In this document: one piece after another, positions 26,964-42,800 of the stretch | Position numbering within the stretch: position 1 is the first letter of the stretch | Layout of the letters: every line of letters starts with the position of its first letter | NCBI GenBank assembly: GCA_965285935.1 | Contig: OZ260661.1 | Span: 54,002,001-54,066,000 of the forward strand | DNA: 64,000 bases | From: Ophelia neglecta | Lineage: Eukaryota | Direction of reading: 5' to 3' | Notes under the pieces: generated by a model | Told to the model about the DNA's origin: nothing | What the model saw: the letters and a program-made list of their open reading frames with translations, nothing else | Database searches by the model: none | Position numbers and translations under genes: made by a program

Positions 26964-28469
26964 GTCGGCACTCGAAGAACATACATAAAGACGGTAAGGG
27001 AATCCAGTCATTTTTGGGAAATATTTTTCAGGCTTCTCAGAATGTTCTTGTTCTTTAAACAATGACATTTCCAAAAGCCTATAATTCTATAAACGAATCG
27101 CTTATAAGGAAAAAGCGAATTTGAGTTGAATCGAAGCAACTAAACCTACTATTTCTAATGTAGGTTGATCGCATAATGTTATGCGTAATGTATAGAAGCT
27201 TTCATTTCGTAAGTTTACGCCCCAATTTCTCGGATCTGAATGAATTTACCTCACTGTTCATGTGTACGTCCGGAATATGAGTCTTATTTGTATCCCTCTC
27301 CACACATGGCCATACTTCCTTTATTGCGCGGATATTTGTTATGAAGCAATAGATCCAATAAGCAAAAAACAAAGTATACCTATAGTTTAGGTCTTCGATG
27401 TTGCGTGTGCTAAAGGTAAACAAGAGTAGCATTGTTCTGTGACACCAATACATTATGAATGCATCAAATGGAGTCTTTAATCTATGTCTTAATGGCTTTA
27501 TAAAGACATATTTCCCTTAAGGGCCAATGAACTCGTGTGTCGCTGTATTCCATTAAATATATATTTAATTTGCAGAAGGTATAGGGGATATAGCCATACA
27601 CGTGATTCACCCCTAAAAGGATCGTTCCTTTAAATCATTGCCACTAGGTTACAAAAGTCCTCCCGATCCCTGCTCCCTAAACCTAAATTGTGATATTGGC
27701 CAACAAAAGTCAAAACCTCACCCTTTTTTTCGCTCGACGGTTTTTATTCTGTTAAGCCTTTTCTCGTGATGACACCGATTCAGGTCATTCTGCAGGCCAA
27801 GTAAATTACACATAGACCAGTAGACTGTCCAGGGACACTCTGAAGACGCCTTCCTATCTTTTATGTTTTCTTTGGGGTTTGCTTCGAGCGCATTGCAAAG
27901 GTACATTACAAATACTCCTCAGATCTAGGGGCTTGAAGAGAGTGCTATGAAACCGTGGTATTGTCGCAAAAAGTAATTTGAAATTTAGAAATAGCCATTC
28001 ACATATTAACATGTTCAATTAAAAACTGGAGATGGCTTATGAAATTAGAATTCTTAATATGGAATTGAAATTTCGATTTAAATGTTCTCTATTTTAACTA
28101 GGACGTTAGGTTTTTATGCATTTGATGTGTTTATATGGGGTAGCCCGGCGCTTCATGCCTCCAAGTCAGTCTGAATCGCAGTACGAGCAATAAGAGGAGC
28201 ACTTGGGACTTCATTGTGTTAGAAACACTAAACAGAAATACCCACAATGTAGCCCAGACATGCACGTGTATCTACTTTCAATAAGCACCGGTGTTTTTTA
28301 ACTGAATCGGGCCTACCAACCCGGTAAGCGCACATTATCGTATCACCACGAAAATCTCCTATTTGGATTTAGTCTATGACCATCTTGTTTTTCGTATTTG
28401 GCTACAGTACAATATCATCAGGGCTATTAGTACTCTACAGAATCACACGAAAGTAAATAACATAACCGT

Positions 28470-28612
28470 ATCTCAAACGGTTTTCGTTTAATCCAACAGA
28501 CACGATGCGGGTCCGATGGAGAGGGCGGACGCACGGACGCACGGAAAGGCGGATGAATACAGAAACTATTGTTCCCTCGCCCACTCGAAGAGTGGTGGAG
28601 GACTTCATTAAC
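28470..28612 (+). mobile_element. Helentron/HINE-like non-autonomous element 3' end
   Basis: GGACGCAC-GGACGCAC-GGA mini-repeat, then AAACTATTGTTCCCTC and a short hairpin CCACTC-GAA-GAGTGG extended by GAGGAC. This microsatellite plus terminal stem-loop layout is typical of HINE/DINE-1-like elements. Confidence 0.45.
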
Positions 28613-31600
28613 ATATAATTGGACAACATGAACAATTTTGTTTTAAATGCCATGCAATTATTTCCCATGTAACTAGAGATTTAATTTAATTGCCATATAT
28701 TAAATGAAATAAGTAGGTTGGACTATTGTCCAAAGTTTGGGATTTAATGAAAAAGAAATCTGAGAATCAGCTAAAATGCCTGTCAAGTATTACATACGGT
28801 TTTCTCTGACTATAGCTCCAGCTGTGATGTTCTAAAGCCAGGGCCAACTTAACATCTCTTGACCATTGCTGAATTGTTGTTGAGCATTTTTAGATTATTA
28901 ATATTTGGAACCCAATGTTCATGAACACATTCCTGATTGATAAAGAAAAAAATCTAATATTAGCTGCGAAATAAAACGGATGATATCCAACTCCATGCAG
29001 AACAATATGGAAAAATAGCTATAACTTCATAGTCTCAAATGTTTGGAAGCGAATCAGAGACATTACCAAAAAATCAACCAGAGTTATCGTATAAGATAAT
29101 TCAAATATATAGAAAAATCACAAACTCTGTGTTGCCGCTTTAGCATAAAGACATACAGGTTTACAAAATGAACCTGTTACATTTTAAACTACGCAGACAC
29201 TATTTGATATGATTGGACACCAATCTTAAACGTATTTTATTCTATCGTGTTAAGAGCTACTCAGTTTGATAGATTTGTAATATTAGCCAGAAGCAGGTGA
29301 TGTTTTCCGAGGACATTTACCCCAGCAAAATACCAAAGTCCGGATTAGTTAAAATTACTTCCTTAGAGGAAACTAATATTTGTTTATTGCAACTGCTTTC
29401 AACTTTGTTTGGTATCTTTAATAAACACTTTTTTTTCTCGACACGTTTACTGGAAAGTGCCTAAGTGTACCCTAGAACGCAATTACGTCACACAAGCATT
29501 ACAATATGACAAGATATTTAAATGTGGGAAAACATCGTATTTGATATTGACCACGAAATTAATCAAGTCTCTCCCGCCATGCCCAGGTTATTAAGGTTTA
29601 TGGTATATTAAAAAGTGCCGACAACCCGAGATATTTGCGCAGTCACCCAAACACTCCAAAAGTAGACCTAGAGTAAGAAGGCTGTTACAAGGTAAAAATA
29701 CGATAGTACAACGATATACCAATGATGCCAAGCCTCCCGTCCTTAGTCAACCTAAAAACGGGAATCCAAATTCGGAAATCAATGGAATAAATACGTAATG
29801 TAACAACTATTATCATTGGATTGCGAGTATATATTTTTGGACACGGGAGCGGCGATTGACCAATCAGAGAACCCCATTATTTTATAGCCGACAAGAATTG
29901 CTTCCACTTACGCCTTTCTATTTCGATTTGTCTGGGCCTATCTATAAACTGAAGTACGACATATTTCCCTATAGACAACACTTGCCCGCTCTTCCCCTTT
30001 ATTCAGTTGCCATTATGATAATGGATCTTTCGGCCATGCTTTAACTATCTCCTCTAATTGGCGGAACATTCGATCCACAAATCCTTTCATGCTAGCTGAC
30101 GGAGTCGGACAAACAAAACCTGAAGACCCCCTACGACGCATTTCTACGGCAAAGCAAAGGTGAAGGTTAAGCTTCGAATTTTGGAATAGCCTTATAAGCA
30201 CCCTAATGCAAACGTGTTAGGCTAACGCGAGTTTGTTTGTCGATTGGCAGGAATAGATTACTCTTAAAACCACTCTTGTTTTGGATAAATAAAGGTGAAA
30301 CATGTCGCTGGGCCTTCGAGGTTTCTCACGGCAGTGCCAATGAATTAGGACTAGCAGACACGCGGCCATCCGTCAAAATTTGACAGGAAGCTCCTTTAGT
30401 CCGACTGAGATGTGATACATTTTAACTCAGTTCAAAGGATTACTGGTCAAATTGAAAGACATTGAAACCAGCCCAAATGTATGTGGAACGAGCAACAGCC
30501 TACCCTGGCCAACGCGGCCGCGGCATACTTTTTATGCCTCAGGCCTAGTAACCTACCATTGTTAAAGAAATACCATACCTTTTATATTCTTCAAAAACAA
30601 ATACTACTTAGGCTTTATAAAGAGGGAGATTACGAGTATTCCTGGCAGTTTACAGTCAAGACTAGTGGAAAACAAAGTCAAATACAAGCTTAATCCATAG
30701 TTATTTGCTGTTAGATTGTATGAACACGATTGCGGTCACTACATAACTTGTTCCCGGAGCGCTCATTACTGGTGCAAGACTGACATCCCATAATCTACTG
30801 CGTTTAAATTATAATTCATCTGTGGGCTCTCCGAAATGTGCGAAATATCGCAGCTAAGATTGGGAACTAGCTAGTTTCAAGAAAGTAGTAATCACTGCGA
30901 AGGGGGTACGCGTAGATTTATGCTGTCTTAGCCAACCCCGCAAAGGAGTTTATCGTGCGTTACTGCTTCTAATTCTAGTTCCGGTCGAGGACAGTCTGAA
31001 AATACTAGTATGGCTGCGAGCTGAAGTCTTATCCTGGCAAATATTGGTCAAAAACACGCATTAGTCGCTAAAGTGGATATAAAATTTCCAAACAAATATG
31101 TTCGGAAAAAAAGTTTTACAAAACATATGTCTCAGAGCGTGCCACATTTTTTTGATCGCACCAAATTTGTTTTGATATAGTGCCTAGCCTACTTATCATC
31201 GTAAAATCCTCAAGAATAGAACTTCAGTATATAGCAACGTTCTTGTAGCTCCTTCGGCAACAGCTAAGCCTGCAGTAATAATAACAATATAACAACAATG
31301 ATATTTAAACTGAACAAGGTTAATTCAAGCCTAACAAATATTGGATTCCCTTGCCTTCATGCGCTTAGGCCTAATTTAGTTATTGCATTGTTTGACCACA
31401 GCAGGAGAATGAAGAGACTATTATGAAAACTTCATTAAAACATGTTAGTACTGCACCTTTAAACCGATTGACAATGGTACTATTACACTCATTAAGCTAA
31501 AAAGGATCATAATATGGCCAGAGTTTCGAATACTATCCAAACACAGAAAACTCCGGTTTAGGGACAATTGTAAAGAAACAAGAAAAAAATTAAGTCCAAT

Positions 31601-33219
31601 TGCTGCGTCAGACGACGAAAGTGCCATGTATAAATCACAGGAACTGCCGTGTCATCGATATTGATTGAAAATTAATTTGTCTTTTTAATAGAAAAGGTTA
31701 CAAATCCCTTAATGACTAAGTTACAAGGGGTCCTGTTCCTGTTCCATGGATTCTAAGTATATATAGTCGACCCCGTGCATTGAATTTAGTAGCCTTGGGT
31801 AACTATAGGCTTTAATGGTTCAATGTTACAACAAGTGCTATGCATTAATATCTTTGACTGAAGTTTGGGGCCATTAAAAACAAATGCTCCGCTCTTGTGT
31901 TCTTTCTGCTAATATTTGATATTATAATTAAGTAGGTATATACTACCTTATAATCATGATTGAACTTGACAAATGTTACTTCACTTAATGTAAATGTATA
32001 CACTTATGGGTTAAAGGCCGAAAATGCACGATTTCTGAGCTGTACACGTTAGGCTTACTTAAACCCTGCAAATGACAGAGATTACATTTACGAAGTGTCA
32101 TTAATGTTTAAGGTAACTGCGCTGATGTTGGACTCGAGCGGTCGGTTGCCCATAGTTTGGACTAGATAGCACTGACAAGTTGTCTTTATTGATGTCATTG
32201 ATTAATCTATCTTGACATGTTCTGCTAATTATTTTATGGGGCGCCTGGGGATGACAGGGACGCACAATCGAATTATATCTTAATATTTCAGGAATGTAAG
32301 TACAGTATGTCTCGCGAGAAACGAAGAAGCTGCGAGGCTACCTGATGGTATGACAATTAATGACGCGCCTCTTGTCGACGGCCAATTGGCCTACCCCAGT
32401 GTAAGGAAATTAGGCTGTAATGGCTCCCATTTGGTGGACCTTCTTTGTAATATGACCCGTTAATGTATCGACTTTGTAATGAGAACCAACAGTATGGTTG
32501 TGTTGACGACTGTCACCTACAGATACATGTTTCCGTCAATCGAATTGTATTGGGTACTGAAGAAATGTGCCTTCATCCTGACATTTAGATTATTAATGTT
32601 TTGATGTCTGTGCGGTCATTCGATTCGATTGATCATTAGTACACACAACAGATGATGATGACTAAGCCTTCGTTCTGCACTAAGCCATGCCGTACAACCA
32701 AATGTATGTTTGTTATAAAAGCTTTTTGGCTTTAGAGCAAAACATCGCCGTGTAAATACGCCGATGGTATATAAACAGCCTCCAGATGTCCGCTTGTTGA
32801 CACATTAACTCCAATAGTGTTCGTGTTCTAAAGTTGTTTAATATAGATATGATGTTTGAGGACAAACGTCTTATCCCGGCGTCCCTAAGTTTCACTGTGT
32901 TGTTTATCTTTATGTACAAATTTAACTACCATACTCTGAGAACGTTTAGATGATACAGCAGTTGTATACGAGTTTGTGCAGCGATCATATTATATACGCA
33001 GTTGGGTGCTAGTAGCCTGTACTATATGAATGAAACAAATTTGGAAATTGATCACATGAATCAATGTGCAGGCAATGTGTCATAATGGAAATGCTCAATG
33101 TATGCTCCCCTAGAGCGAAAAGCGAGAGAAATAGTTCCTTGGCACTTCATTGGGATGAAAAATAAATTGCAGTCATAAAAGGTCGGCACATTATGTATCC
33201 ATGCATTCAAATTGAGCAA

Positions 33220-33818
33220 TTGGAAAAAGTGACGAAACGGAGGAAGGGTATGCGCAGGTGCACGAATACCGCCGGTTAGTACATGCGGCCGCGCAGTCAC
33301 CTCCCTCGTTCAGTGCTTCCTGCGATATGCGCTATGACAGACATCTTTTTAAGTCGATACAAAATCTCTATTTCAATTCAAACATACATTTTTAAAACTG
33401 AAGGTATTATGAAGAACCTACTGTACGTTTGTCCATGTTTGCATGTATCGAAAAGATAGCGACGAAATAGCCCCTTTTCGGAAAATGGCCACAGTTCGTC
33501 TTCGAACCAGATTTCAGATGGCTCGCGGCTTTGACATATACTATTTTGACCATGGTAACATCATAATAAAGTATAGAATAAGTCGACCCGATTTCGGCCG
33601 CCATCTTTGCTAAAATCGGCAAATTTTGAATCAGCAATCTTCTATTAGAAACGGGTGATAGATGCGACTCGAGTGTGATGTTATTTGAAATGACCGTCAG
33701 AAATCCTTCTTTTTGGTCACTTAACTTGCATAATATAAATAAATGTACATAACAATGATTTGAGTTGACCTGTGCACAAGACCGCAAGTCGGCCATTTTG
33801 ACCGAAGACATGTACCTT
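33220..33818. mobile_element. CpG-rich non-autonomous DNA transposon fragment (possibly Kolobok-like)
   Basis: CpG-rich relative to flanks, with repeated GCCAT(C/T)TT/AAAATGGC motifs and an end-like GAAGACATGTACCTT. No partner terminus was found. Confidence 0.3.
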
Positions 33819-36800
33819 AGCTAAGAGCTTAACGCTCTTTATGTCTTATTTATGTACATCTATATCTACGTCTATCTACTCATCGACCTGGTTGATTTGA
33901 TATATATGTGTCAACTCATCGAAATGGTTGTTATACATTTAAACTGCTCCGTTAGGCTATTCATCATTATGAGTTCGACGTTGGGAGTAAGACTTGTGTT
34001 CCACTAACCTCTATATCGCTTCGACCAGGTACGCCACATAACATCCTGCACACATTATAGGCTCTTTGGTTAAGATGACACTACATTATTTATCCGGAGA
34101 GGATAAGTTCCGAGGAACATTAAAGTCTTCAATACAGGCTCGTGTTACAGAAATGCATCTCTAAACTGTTTAATGATTAATGCCCCAGAAAACACGATTA
34201 TGTCCCCGAATCCATGTTGAGTACTGCGACTCGCCTACAGACAAAAAAGGTGCGATATTAGTTTCGGTAAGACTTTTATTTTTGCCTATTCTCATTATCA
34301 CGGAAAAAGACGACGGGGTATCAACTTTTCACACAAGAGTAGTTGTTTCACTTGATTTCTGAAGTCATTCGCCGCTTTCCCCTTGTGAATTTATTTGGCT
34401 AAATTATATTATTTATGCTAGACCGCCCGAGCTTGACATACTTAACTGGCATATGTTTCTTAGTTTGCAATATTTCTACTTCATGGTAAATTCTTAAGAG
34501 CGATTTTCATCAAATTTTAACTTATTATATTCTGAGTTGGAACCTTATTATTATAATCATAGCAATGATATTGCAATGTTTAGAGCGTCTAGAAAAAAAC
34601 ATTATTTTCACAAAAGGGCTCTGGCGTTAAGAAAAAAGCACTCGATTTCCTAAATAGCAAGGTGATGCTTACATTTTTTCTAACATGGACCTATTAAATT
34701 TTGTGTTTTTGTCTATAACTAAGAATTTAGTAATAAACTATTTTCGGGCGGGCAAACTATAATGGTGTTTGCAAACCTTATTTAACCTACCTCTTGAACA
34801 AACCATTTTTTTCCAATGACTGTTTTTTTAAGTATGGCCCTAAAAACTCCTTTTCTTCATAAATGTTTTACGCACCCTTCCCCCACCCCCCACCCCCCAC
34901 CCCCCCTCCTCCAGCCCCAACGCCCCAATTATCGTATGGCGCCTGTCTTTCGCGGGTTTCAAGTCACTTATTTATGCTGCTTAAACAGTTGGCATTTATA
35001 ACATCATTGTGATGCGATTTAGAGAATTCTTTGTCCAAAATTTTATTTATTAATCCAGTTGAATTTTGAAGGCTAGTAAGAATGGCTATATATAAAATAA
35101 CGTCTATACCCTACTGCATAAACCGCCTCGTTTTTACCTCTTGGACAAGTTTATGGCATGACAAATTCGCGGCATGTTCTTGCACTTAAGCAGGATCAAA
35201 AGAGTGGATTTATTTGTAAAAACACCAGCATTATCCAAGCAAAGTGACTTAGCCCGAGTCCCCTGATCACATTTCCATGATTAGGATTTGGCATTTTACC
35301 ACACGTTATCACGTTATCTTTTACATTCACCTAAATCATGTTATTTTCCCGTACGCCCCATACAGTTTCCAGTGAGCCCACGTGGAATGAACAACAAAAA
35401 CGTCGTCTCACATCTAAGTTTAAGTCATGAACGCATATCAAATGGTAATCAATTAAACAAGCATGTCGAACATAATGATGGCTCATTGACTGCCACATTT
35501 TCAGTTTGTCTAGCTTGCCCTTCGCCTCTAATGGCGGATACCAAACAGTAATTAAACGGAAATCTATCAGGAAGCCCAGAGGTGACACCCGTTCAGCTTT
35601 ATTCTTATATGCCAGGTGCTAAATGGACATAAATTATTTCCTTATTATAATAATTAAGGCGGTTGGTGTCACACTGTAGCTTCAAATATCTGTATGCCCC
35701 ATTTAATTATGCGTGGATGATCGTTGTTTAATGTTAAAATGGGTTTATTTACAAGTAATTATCCTGACGTACGTCAAAAACACATTAGCCCGGAAACCGA
35801 GTGGAGAGAAATTGGTATGAAGCATCAAAATATTAGATAAACGAAAAATGACATTACGCCCCACGTAGCCGACCAGAGTCGGGTATTAACTCATCGATGG
35901 TGGTACCTTTACCCGAGATGACGTCTTTGTCGTCCCTGCCGATGACGGTCGGGTGTTAACCAGATTAAACCCCCAAGACAAATAACACACATTTAATGGT
36001 AGACATTAATAAGCAAAAAGTTTCTAATTTAAAAGGAAAGACCTATTGGTGTCTAAAGTCTACGTAGGCACACGATTTATGATACTCTCCAAATTCATTT
36101 TCTAAATAGCTTGGCTGTATGGTAATATGAAGTGCTGTACATTTAGAAATAACATTTTAATACATTTCGACGTTTTTGAAAGAATTGTGCGAATCCTGAC
36201 TTCCACCCAAGCAAAAGGGGTTAACTTATTTTTGCTAACTTATGAAACGAAACAAATTTTTATTTGAAAGATTGTCTATATCTGTAAAATCAATGCTTTA
36301 TTTCTCAGACGACCCCATATATATATATATATTGTGTTCTGTTCTGTTTGTAATGGACGGTGGAAGCCTTTTCACCATATCGTGACTATCTCGACATTAT
36401 ATTACATATATATTGTTTCAGTATATTTTACAAGGTGCTTATTAAATATTCTGTATGATCTATTTCAGTTCTGCACAAGTGTTTTAAACCTCCGAAATCC
36501 AGCGAAATAGGAAATCACCAAGTGAATACAGGACGGCATAAACGATTTCTTTGACTGGCTCTCTTCGCCTAGTTCCTACTTGAGTGCCGAAATGTGACAA
36601 ATGCACCTTAGACTGATAGCTGATAGAGACCTGACAATGTCTGAAGATTAGAGACAAAACTTTAACTACTTAAAATGACTGTATTGTCATCGCCCTGTGC
36701 GGCCAAACAGGAAGTACCCTACCAGGGCCATATTTTATTTTTTAGATCGTCGCTATTTAAAGGCTGTGTAAGTCGGAGGACGATGACAACATGCAAATGG

Positions 36801-39800
36801 ATGTGGCACAACAGCCTCAGATCATCCACTTTCATAATCATTAATTAGGTTTTGACTACGATATACTACTCGCGCTAATGAGAAGAAGAAACAACTTTAA
36901 TCTTAATAAACTAGTCGCAACCTAAAATGCAACATATTAAATAAAATTTAATGCCTCAAGATACTTCAGGGTCATATGGCAATATATTAATGGCATTTTT
37001 GATCAAACACTATCTCTATTTCCAATTCCCTGTAGAATAAATCTTGTTCGTGTGTTGTATCATTGTCTTACGTGGCTGTCTACTCATGTGCTCAGAGATA
37101 ACCAAGTAAATATCATATGCGTTAAATCTTTTTAGTGTACCGTTTTTTATTGTTATTCCATTTCACGGGAAAGCTGTGCTAGATATCAAAATTTGATATA
37201 TGCCTAGCTTAGGTTTGAATTATCCACTGTGAAACACGTGCGGTTCTGATGTATTACAGGTATATCAAGGACGAAATGCGTTTTTCTTAAGGCTGTTATT
37301 TAAGATAAGTCTATACGTCCAAACCTGTATAGGTATTGTCATATGCCTGTGTAGGTAAATTATTGTTATTGCTAGCAGAGTGATCATGATTTGTTCAAAG
37401 TGTGGACTTTACGGAAAAATGTCTAAGAAAACGAAAAAATAAGACCCTAAAGTGAGGTTAATGGTCAACAGTATCATCTTGTGGTAATCGAAATTATAGT
37501 AACATTCAATAGGTTTAAGGTTGAAAAAAGGAAATATTTTTCTTCAATATGATGAATCTTTCCTGTGGCAACTTAATGGTGTTCACGAGACTCTTCTATG
37601 TTTGCCCTAATCTATGCGGCTAACACATCGATCGGTCTGATAAGTATTTTCTTGAGCCAACAATATTTGTTAGAATATCTAAAGTAATAGGCAATTTCGA
37701 AATGAATCATCTCTTATATATTGTATGGGTTTTTTCGGGTCCCCTGTAGGTCTACGAAGTTATACAAATAGTTCTAAATTTACTGTACTGTATGAACCAC
37801 TTAAATTTCGTTGGATTAAATCGTACCTCTTATTGCATTTTTTATTGCACACTTTCTTTCGCAAACATACAGATAATCTTAACCTATACGGTGAAAGTAA
37901 TATTGTAATGCACGGATCGTGTTTCTTGCACTAAACACGTAAATGTTCAGTGGAATAATAGGTCTAAATGAGATCATGTCCGACTTTTACATCAACTTAC
38001 GGAGCAGCTCTTAAATTAAACCAGTCGTTTTTCGGTTTTGTCAATCCACTTTTGTCAACTTTTTTTATTACTCACTTCTAATACTTGGCATATAAGAGCG
38101 ACGGAGCGACGGCTGTTGGTTATTTTGGCGATTCAGATTTGTAAAAGCCTTGCGTGCGTCTCGGCCTTTAGTCCTTCTGAATAGCCAAAAAGAGCACGAG
38201 TTACCCCTTATATAATTGGAATTACGAGATTCAATTAGGCCTAAGAGGCATTCGCTACATATCATCATAATATAGGCTTTTTTTTGTATAAATATTTATT
38301 CTATAAATTTTACCCTGCAGTAACTTTTTATCTGTCTTCTGATCAACCATTTCAGTAGACCCCTGATATTTTATTTAATCAAGCTGCTGTCAAAGATACA
38401 TGACGATTAGTAAGAGTATTATAGGCTTACTGTCAAATAAGATAGTTCTCGATTTATTTTCACACGCACTCAAATAGTAGCGATGACCATAAACGTAGAT
38501 AAGTTTTTCACACACACACAAATAATAGCGATAAACGTGTATGTTATGATGAAAAACGTATCAAATATTAAAGTAATATAAAGGGAAGCACAATTGCATT
38601 TCTGAGTAACTGCAGCAGTACATTGTTTTCGTATTTATTTAGTAAATCAACACGTTATGAATTCTTGCCTACATTTATGAAAATCAAAAGTAATAAAGAC
38701 TACACTATTTACGCTAAGACATTTGTGATATACCTTTTAGGGAAAAAATTGCTTAACACTTTCTGTACCAATAATTGACCTTTTGCGAATATTACAGCGC
38801 CGACTATTTCATAATTATTTTTAGGTCAGAAGGGGCAGCATATATTGCTAAGCACCGGAGGTGACTGTAGTTAATACATGATGCTAATACACTGCACGAT
38901 AGCTGCTTTAAGCTTGCTTGAAACTGTACGTGTCGAAAATAAACGTATATGATGCTATATTGCATCATTTCGACAAATGTCGGCGACGAGGCCAAAAGGG
39001 TTAACTGTATTTGACCCAAACACAAAAATAAATAATGTTACATGAGTCATATCCAGGCATGCTGTACCAGAGTACTTTTTGTAATGTTATTATATTAAGC
39101 AATATGTTTGCGTTTCTAACTCATACACGGAGAGGATCGTGCACGCCACATTAGGCGGGACCGTTTAGTGTCCGAACTACATGTGCTGAGTTGAGCGCAG
39201 TCCGTACGCGTTGAGTGTCCGGTTATCGGGGTGAGTATGGTTTGTTTACTTCCGTGTTTTTCGCATGTTTTGCTATATATCTCAAAAATATATAAAGAAT
39301 TTATACCTTAAGGTTTGGAATGGGTTTTGAAGTAATCAGCTCAATATTTATCAAACATATAGTAAGCCAACTACCTGAAGAGTGTCCGTAATAAGTGGTC
39401 CGTTTGGACAATTGTAGCATGCAGCTCTCGCCTACTACATGAATTTCAATTTTAACATGAGCAACAATATGCACGTTTTTTTGCAAGTCAAGAGTTTTCA
39501 GGGTAATAATGCATCGTGGATCATATTTAATTATTGATGAAGAAAATCAAAATAAACTTTGAAATAATTAAAGGAAATTTAATTCAAGAATTGTCATTAA
39601 TTGATTTATGGGGCGGGAACAAACGACTGCTGGGTTAATCACAAGATTATTAAGGTATGGAAAGAGCTCTTTGACAGAGGACTTACGGAGTTGTGTGGGC
39701 CGTCATAAATCCGTGACGTATGTAAGTCACGATGTACCCATAATTATATCAATGATTAACATTGTTACGACGTAAAAATGTGACGAAGTTATGAAATCAA

Positions 39801-42800
39801 CACAAAAAACTGTCAATGTCCGCGCTGTCAAAGTCACCGTATTACACTATAGTGACTATAAAAACATCATTCTTCCTTGAAAAGTGATTTGTTGGTTTAG
39901 TCATTCACTTCAGGGTGTATTTTGTCTTGATGTGATAACGGTGGTTATTCTTACAGGAAAAAAAGTAACATAGAACGGCAAAACGTAAGACAACAATGAC
40001 AATATGGTAAACAAAAGAAAACGGTGAGCAATAACGCAAACAATAATAATGCATGTGGCGTTTGGCTGTATGTGGTTTAGGAATAGATACAAAATAAAGG
40101 GCAAGCTGAAGGAAAACACGTTCTGCGGAACCATATGGGTGGGGGGTTTCCGTGTGAAACGTGTGGAACTTAATTCCGGACATTTGTTTTCATTGAAGTC
40201 AAATATTTTTCTTCATTTAGTCTTTAATGCTGCCTTATTGGCAATGCTTCTCTTGGGGGGGGGGGGGACGAAAAGGAGTGCGTTTGATCCATATTATGAA
40301 AAGTTATCCAAATAAAATGCATAATTTTGAGAGATTAATTATCGGTTTGTGATTTCTCACAAGTTATTTTTTGGCGGGAAAACGCAGAAAACTTTTGTTA
40401 GAATGTTCAGGATTTTGTGTGGCACATCGAATCCCTCGACAATAAATTTTCCTATCTAGCATGACAAGCACACCATAAGACGACATTCCGTGAAGGACGC
40501 GGGTTGTCCCTTGATTCCAAACCTTCAAGGTGAATGTGTCTTTCGAGAGACTATTGAAAATGCTATGTTGAAAACCTAATTATTTTCAACGCCTCCGCAA
40601 GAGCCATTATTTGATTATGGCGTTTCATCGTGGCACCTTGAAGTTGATTAACCCTGGAAAGGTTGTTTGCATACACAGACACAAAGTTTTTCTTTTAAAT
40701 AGGTGCAGCCTTTATCTATAAAAAATAATACCCATTACTCTATTTTCCTCACTTCAATATGGGGACAATATTTTTAGGCGTACATTCTAGGCCTAAGTGT
40801 TGGCCACCTACCCTTAAATAGGGGGAGGAGCCAGCCTATCCACTAGTGTCGTAGCACTGTTTAAAGTTTAAACACTACGCTTTCTTTACACCTTTCTTCT
40901 TGCAAACAACCGGTCCTCTATCATAATGGTGATACTAGATAATATCATTATTGACTGTTCATTTAATCAAATGTTATTTTGATAGACAAAACAATCAATA
41001 CTGCTTGGCCCCCAACTAAAACAGCTGCTCAAGGGTTCCTGGAAATATCGGACATTTCAATAGAAATTTCTTCATGCGTGTTTTTACTTTTCTGTCGGGT
41101 ACCCAATTTTTAGACATTCTTGTCGTCTTTGACGCGAGTGTGCTAAAATGTGGCATACAAGGGACCCGTAACGACGTGAACACTGCACAGGTTGTCAAAG
41201 ACAAGTATTTGAATGTATTATTCGGGGTAAATCCGACACGCCAAGTCTGCCTCCATCCCAAGATGACAAAGTCGTACAACAAATATGTTGTTTAACTATA
41301 GCCTCTAAAATTGTCTTTATTGCACATGCTCTCTGTGATGATTACATTTAGATGTACCTCTCGGGTACGTGCGGAGGAGTCTCTAAGGCGCAAGCCTCTT
41401 AACCACATGCATTATTTCTATCGCTATTCATTCAAAGAGAACATTATATCGGGTTCAAAGAGGGGGGATTATTCCCTAGGAGATATTGACCCATTTAATA
41501 AGCTGGAACTCGTGGTAATAGTAACTTGTTAGGACCTTTTATTAATTAAACAGATCGATAGGCCTATAATGAGCGTAGGGCGTACGCAACAGGGGAGAAG
41601 CTTGTTTGCGACAGATGACAAACGCTCAATGTCAATGAATGATGGCCATTAGCTTGCGTTCCAACGAATTAAAAGTATTCAAGACCGCAGCCATCAGGGC
41701 CCGTGGGAATGTTTTGTAGGCCCTAGGGCCTATATAGGAGTTATGGCACGCGCCTTGTCACGTGGTCTGCTAGGGCGAAACGCGGCAATTATACGCCAAG
41801 GGGGTAGATGTTCAGGTTGACTAAAAAACACCTTTTTAAAAACTGACGCATGTTTGCTGAAGATTGTTTGGTTTGGTAAAATTGTCTTTTGTGTAAATGT
41901 TCCTTTCTACTCTACCTTGTACCCATAAATATGTATTACCCCATGTTGTTTATACACATGTATTTATCTTTTCATATATAATTATTTTATTCATGTATTT
42001 TTTTATTGACCATTTATGTTTTATTTTTCTTCATAAGTTGTCAAGTGCCATTGAACTAGTCAACAAGAAAATGAATACGAGTAATTTAAGATATATTTAT
42101 AATATTAAACGACCAATGATGATTCTATTCGTCTACACCTTGGGCCCACCAAGTGTGTGACTGGACAAGTGATTAATCTTTATGACATTTGGATGCAGAT
42201 AATGGAAACAGTTTTCATAGAGTTAGGCCGGGAGTGAACCCATGAGCGAATAATCTCTGAGTAGTTAAGCAAACTGCATAGTCAATCTATGAAGGGATGA
42301 GGGTGGGGGGAGAAAAATAAGGTATTGGGCGGTCAAGGTTAGATTGCGTGGAAAACAATTATTCACATACGCAAAACACCAGTCCCTTTCTTAATATTTT
42401 TAAGGGAATTGCCCAAACTAGAAACAGCCAGTAGTAGAAGGACTCAGGTGTTTATTTTAGAGGATTGAACGCTGTACACAATATACTTCCCATTATCTTC
42501 TTACAACTAAGTATAAACGTACAACGAAAAGCGCACTTTGTGCCTTAAGGTGAGTTTTTCAGCTAAAATGCATCATAGAAGCCGTTTGTGGGGTGAATTG
42601 ATAGATCAGCAAGGTCTTATATTGCTCCTAAATGCACCTCAGAAGTCGTTCATGAGGTGAATTGATAGCCTAATAACCTTCAGGCTTTGCACACTTTTCA
42701 ATATTGATAGCTAAAGGTAGGCTTGATCCTATTAAGATAAGCAAACGAGTTGTTTTAAGGATAAAACTTGATATATTGTGAGCTATGATCCATAATAAAA

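Noticed and set aside
27552-28975. Poly(A) signal candidates ATTAAA (27552) and AATAAA (28970) for the kinin mRNA
   Set aside because: Such hexamers are frequent in AT-rich DNA and there is no basis for choosing between them.
39130-39420. CpG-rich block as a promoter or CpG island (also 59130-59600)
   Set aside because: No linked exon; more like DNA-transposon fragments, but termini and TSDs could not be defined.
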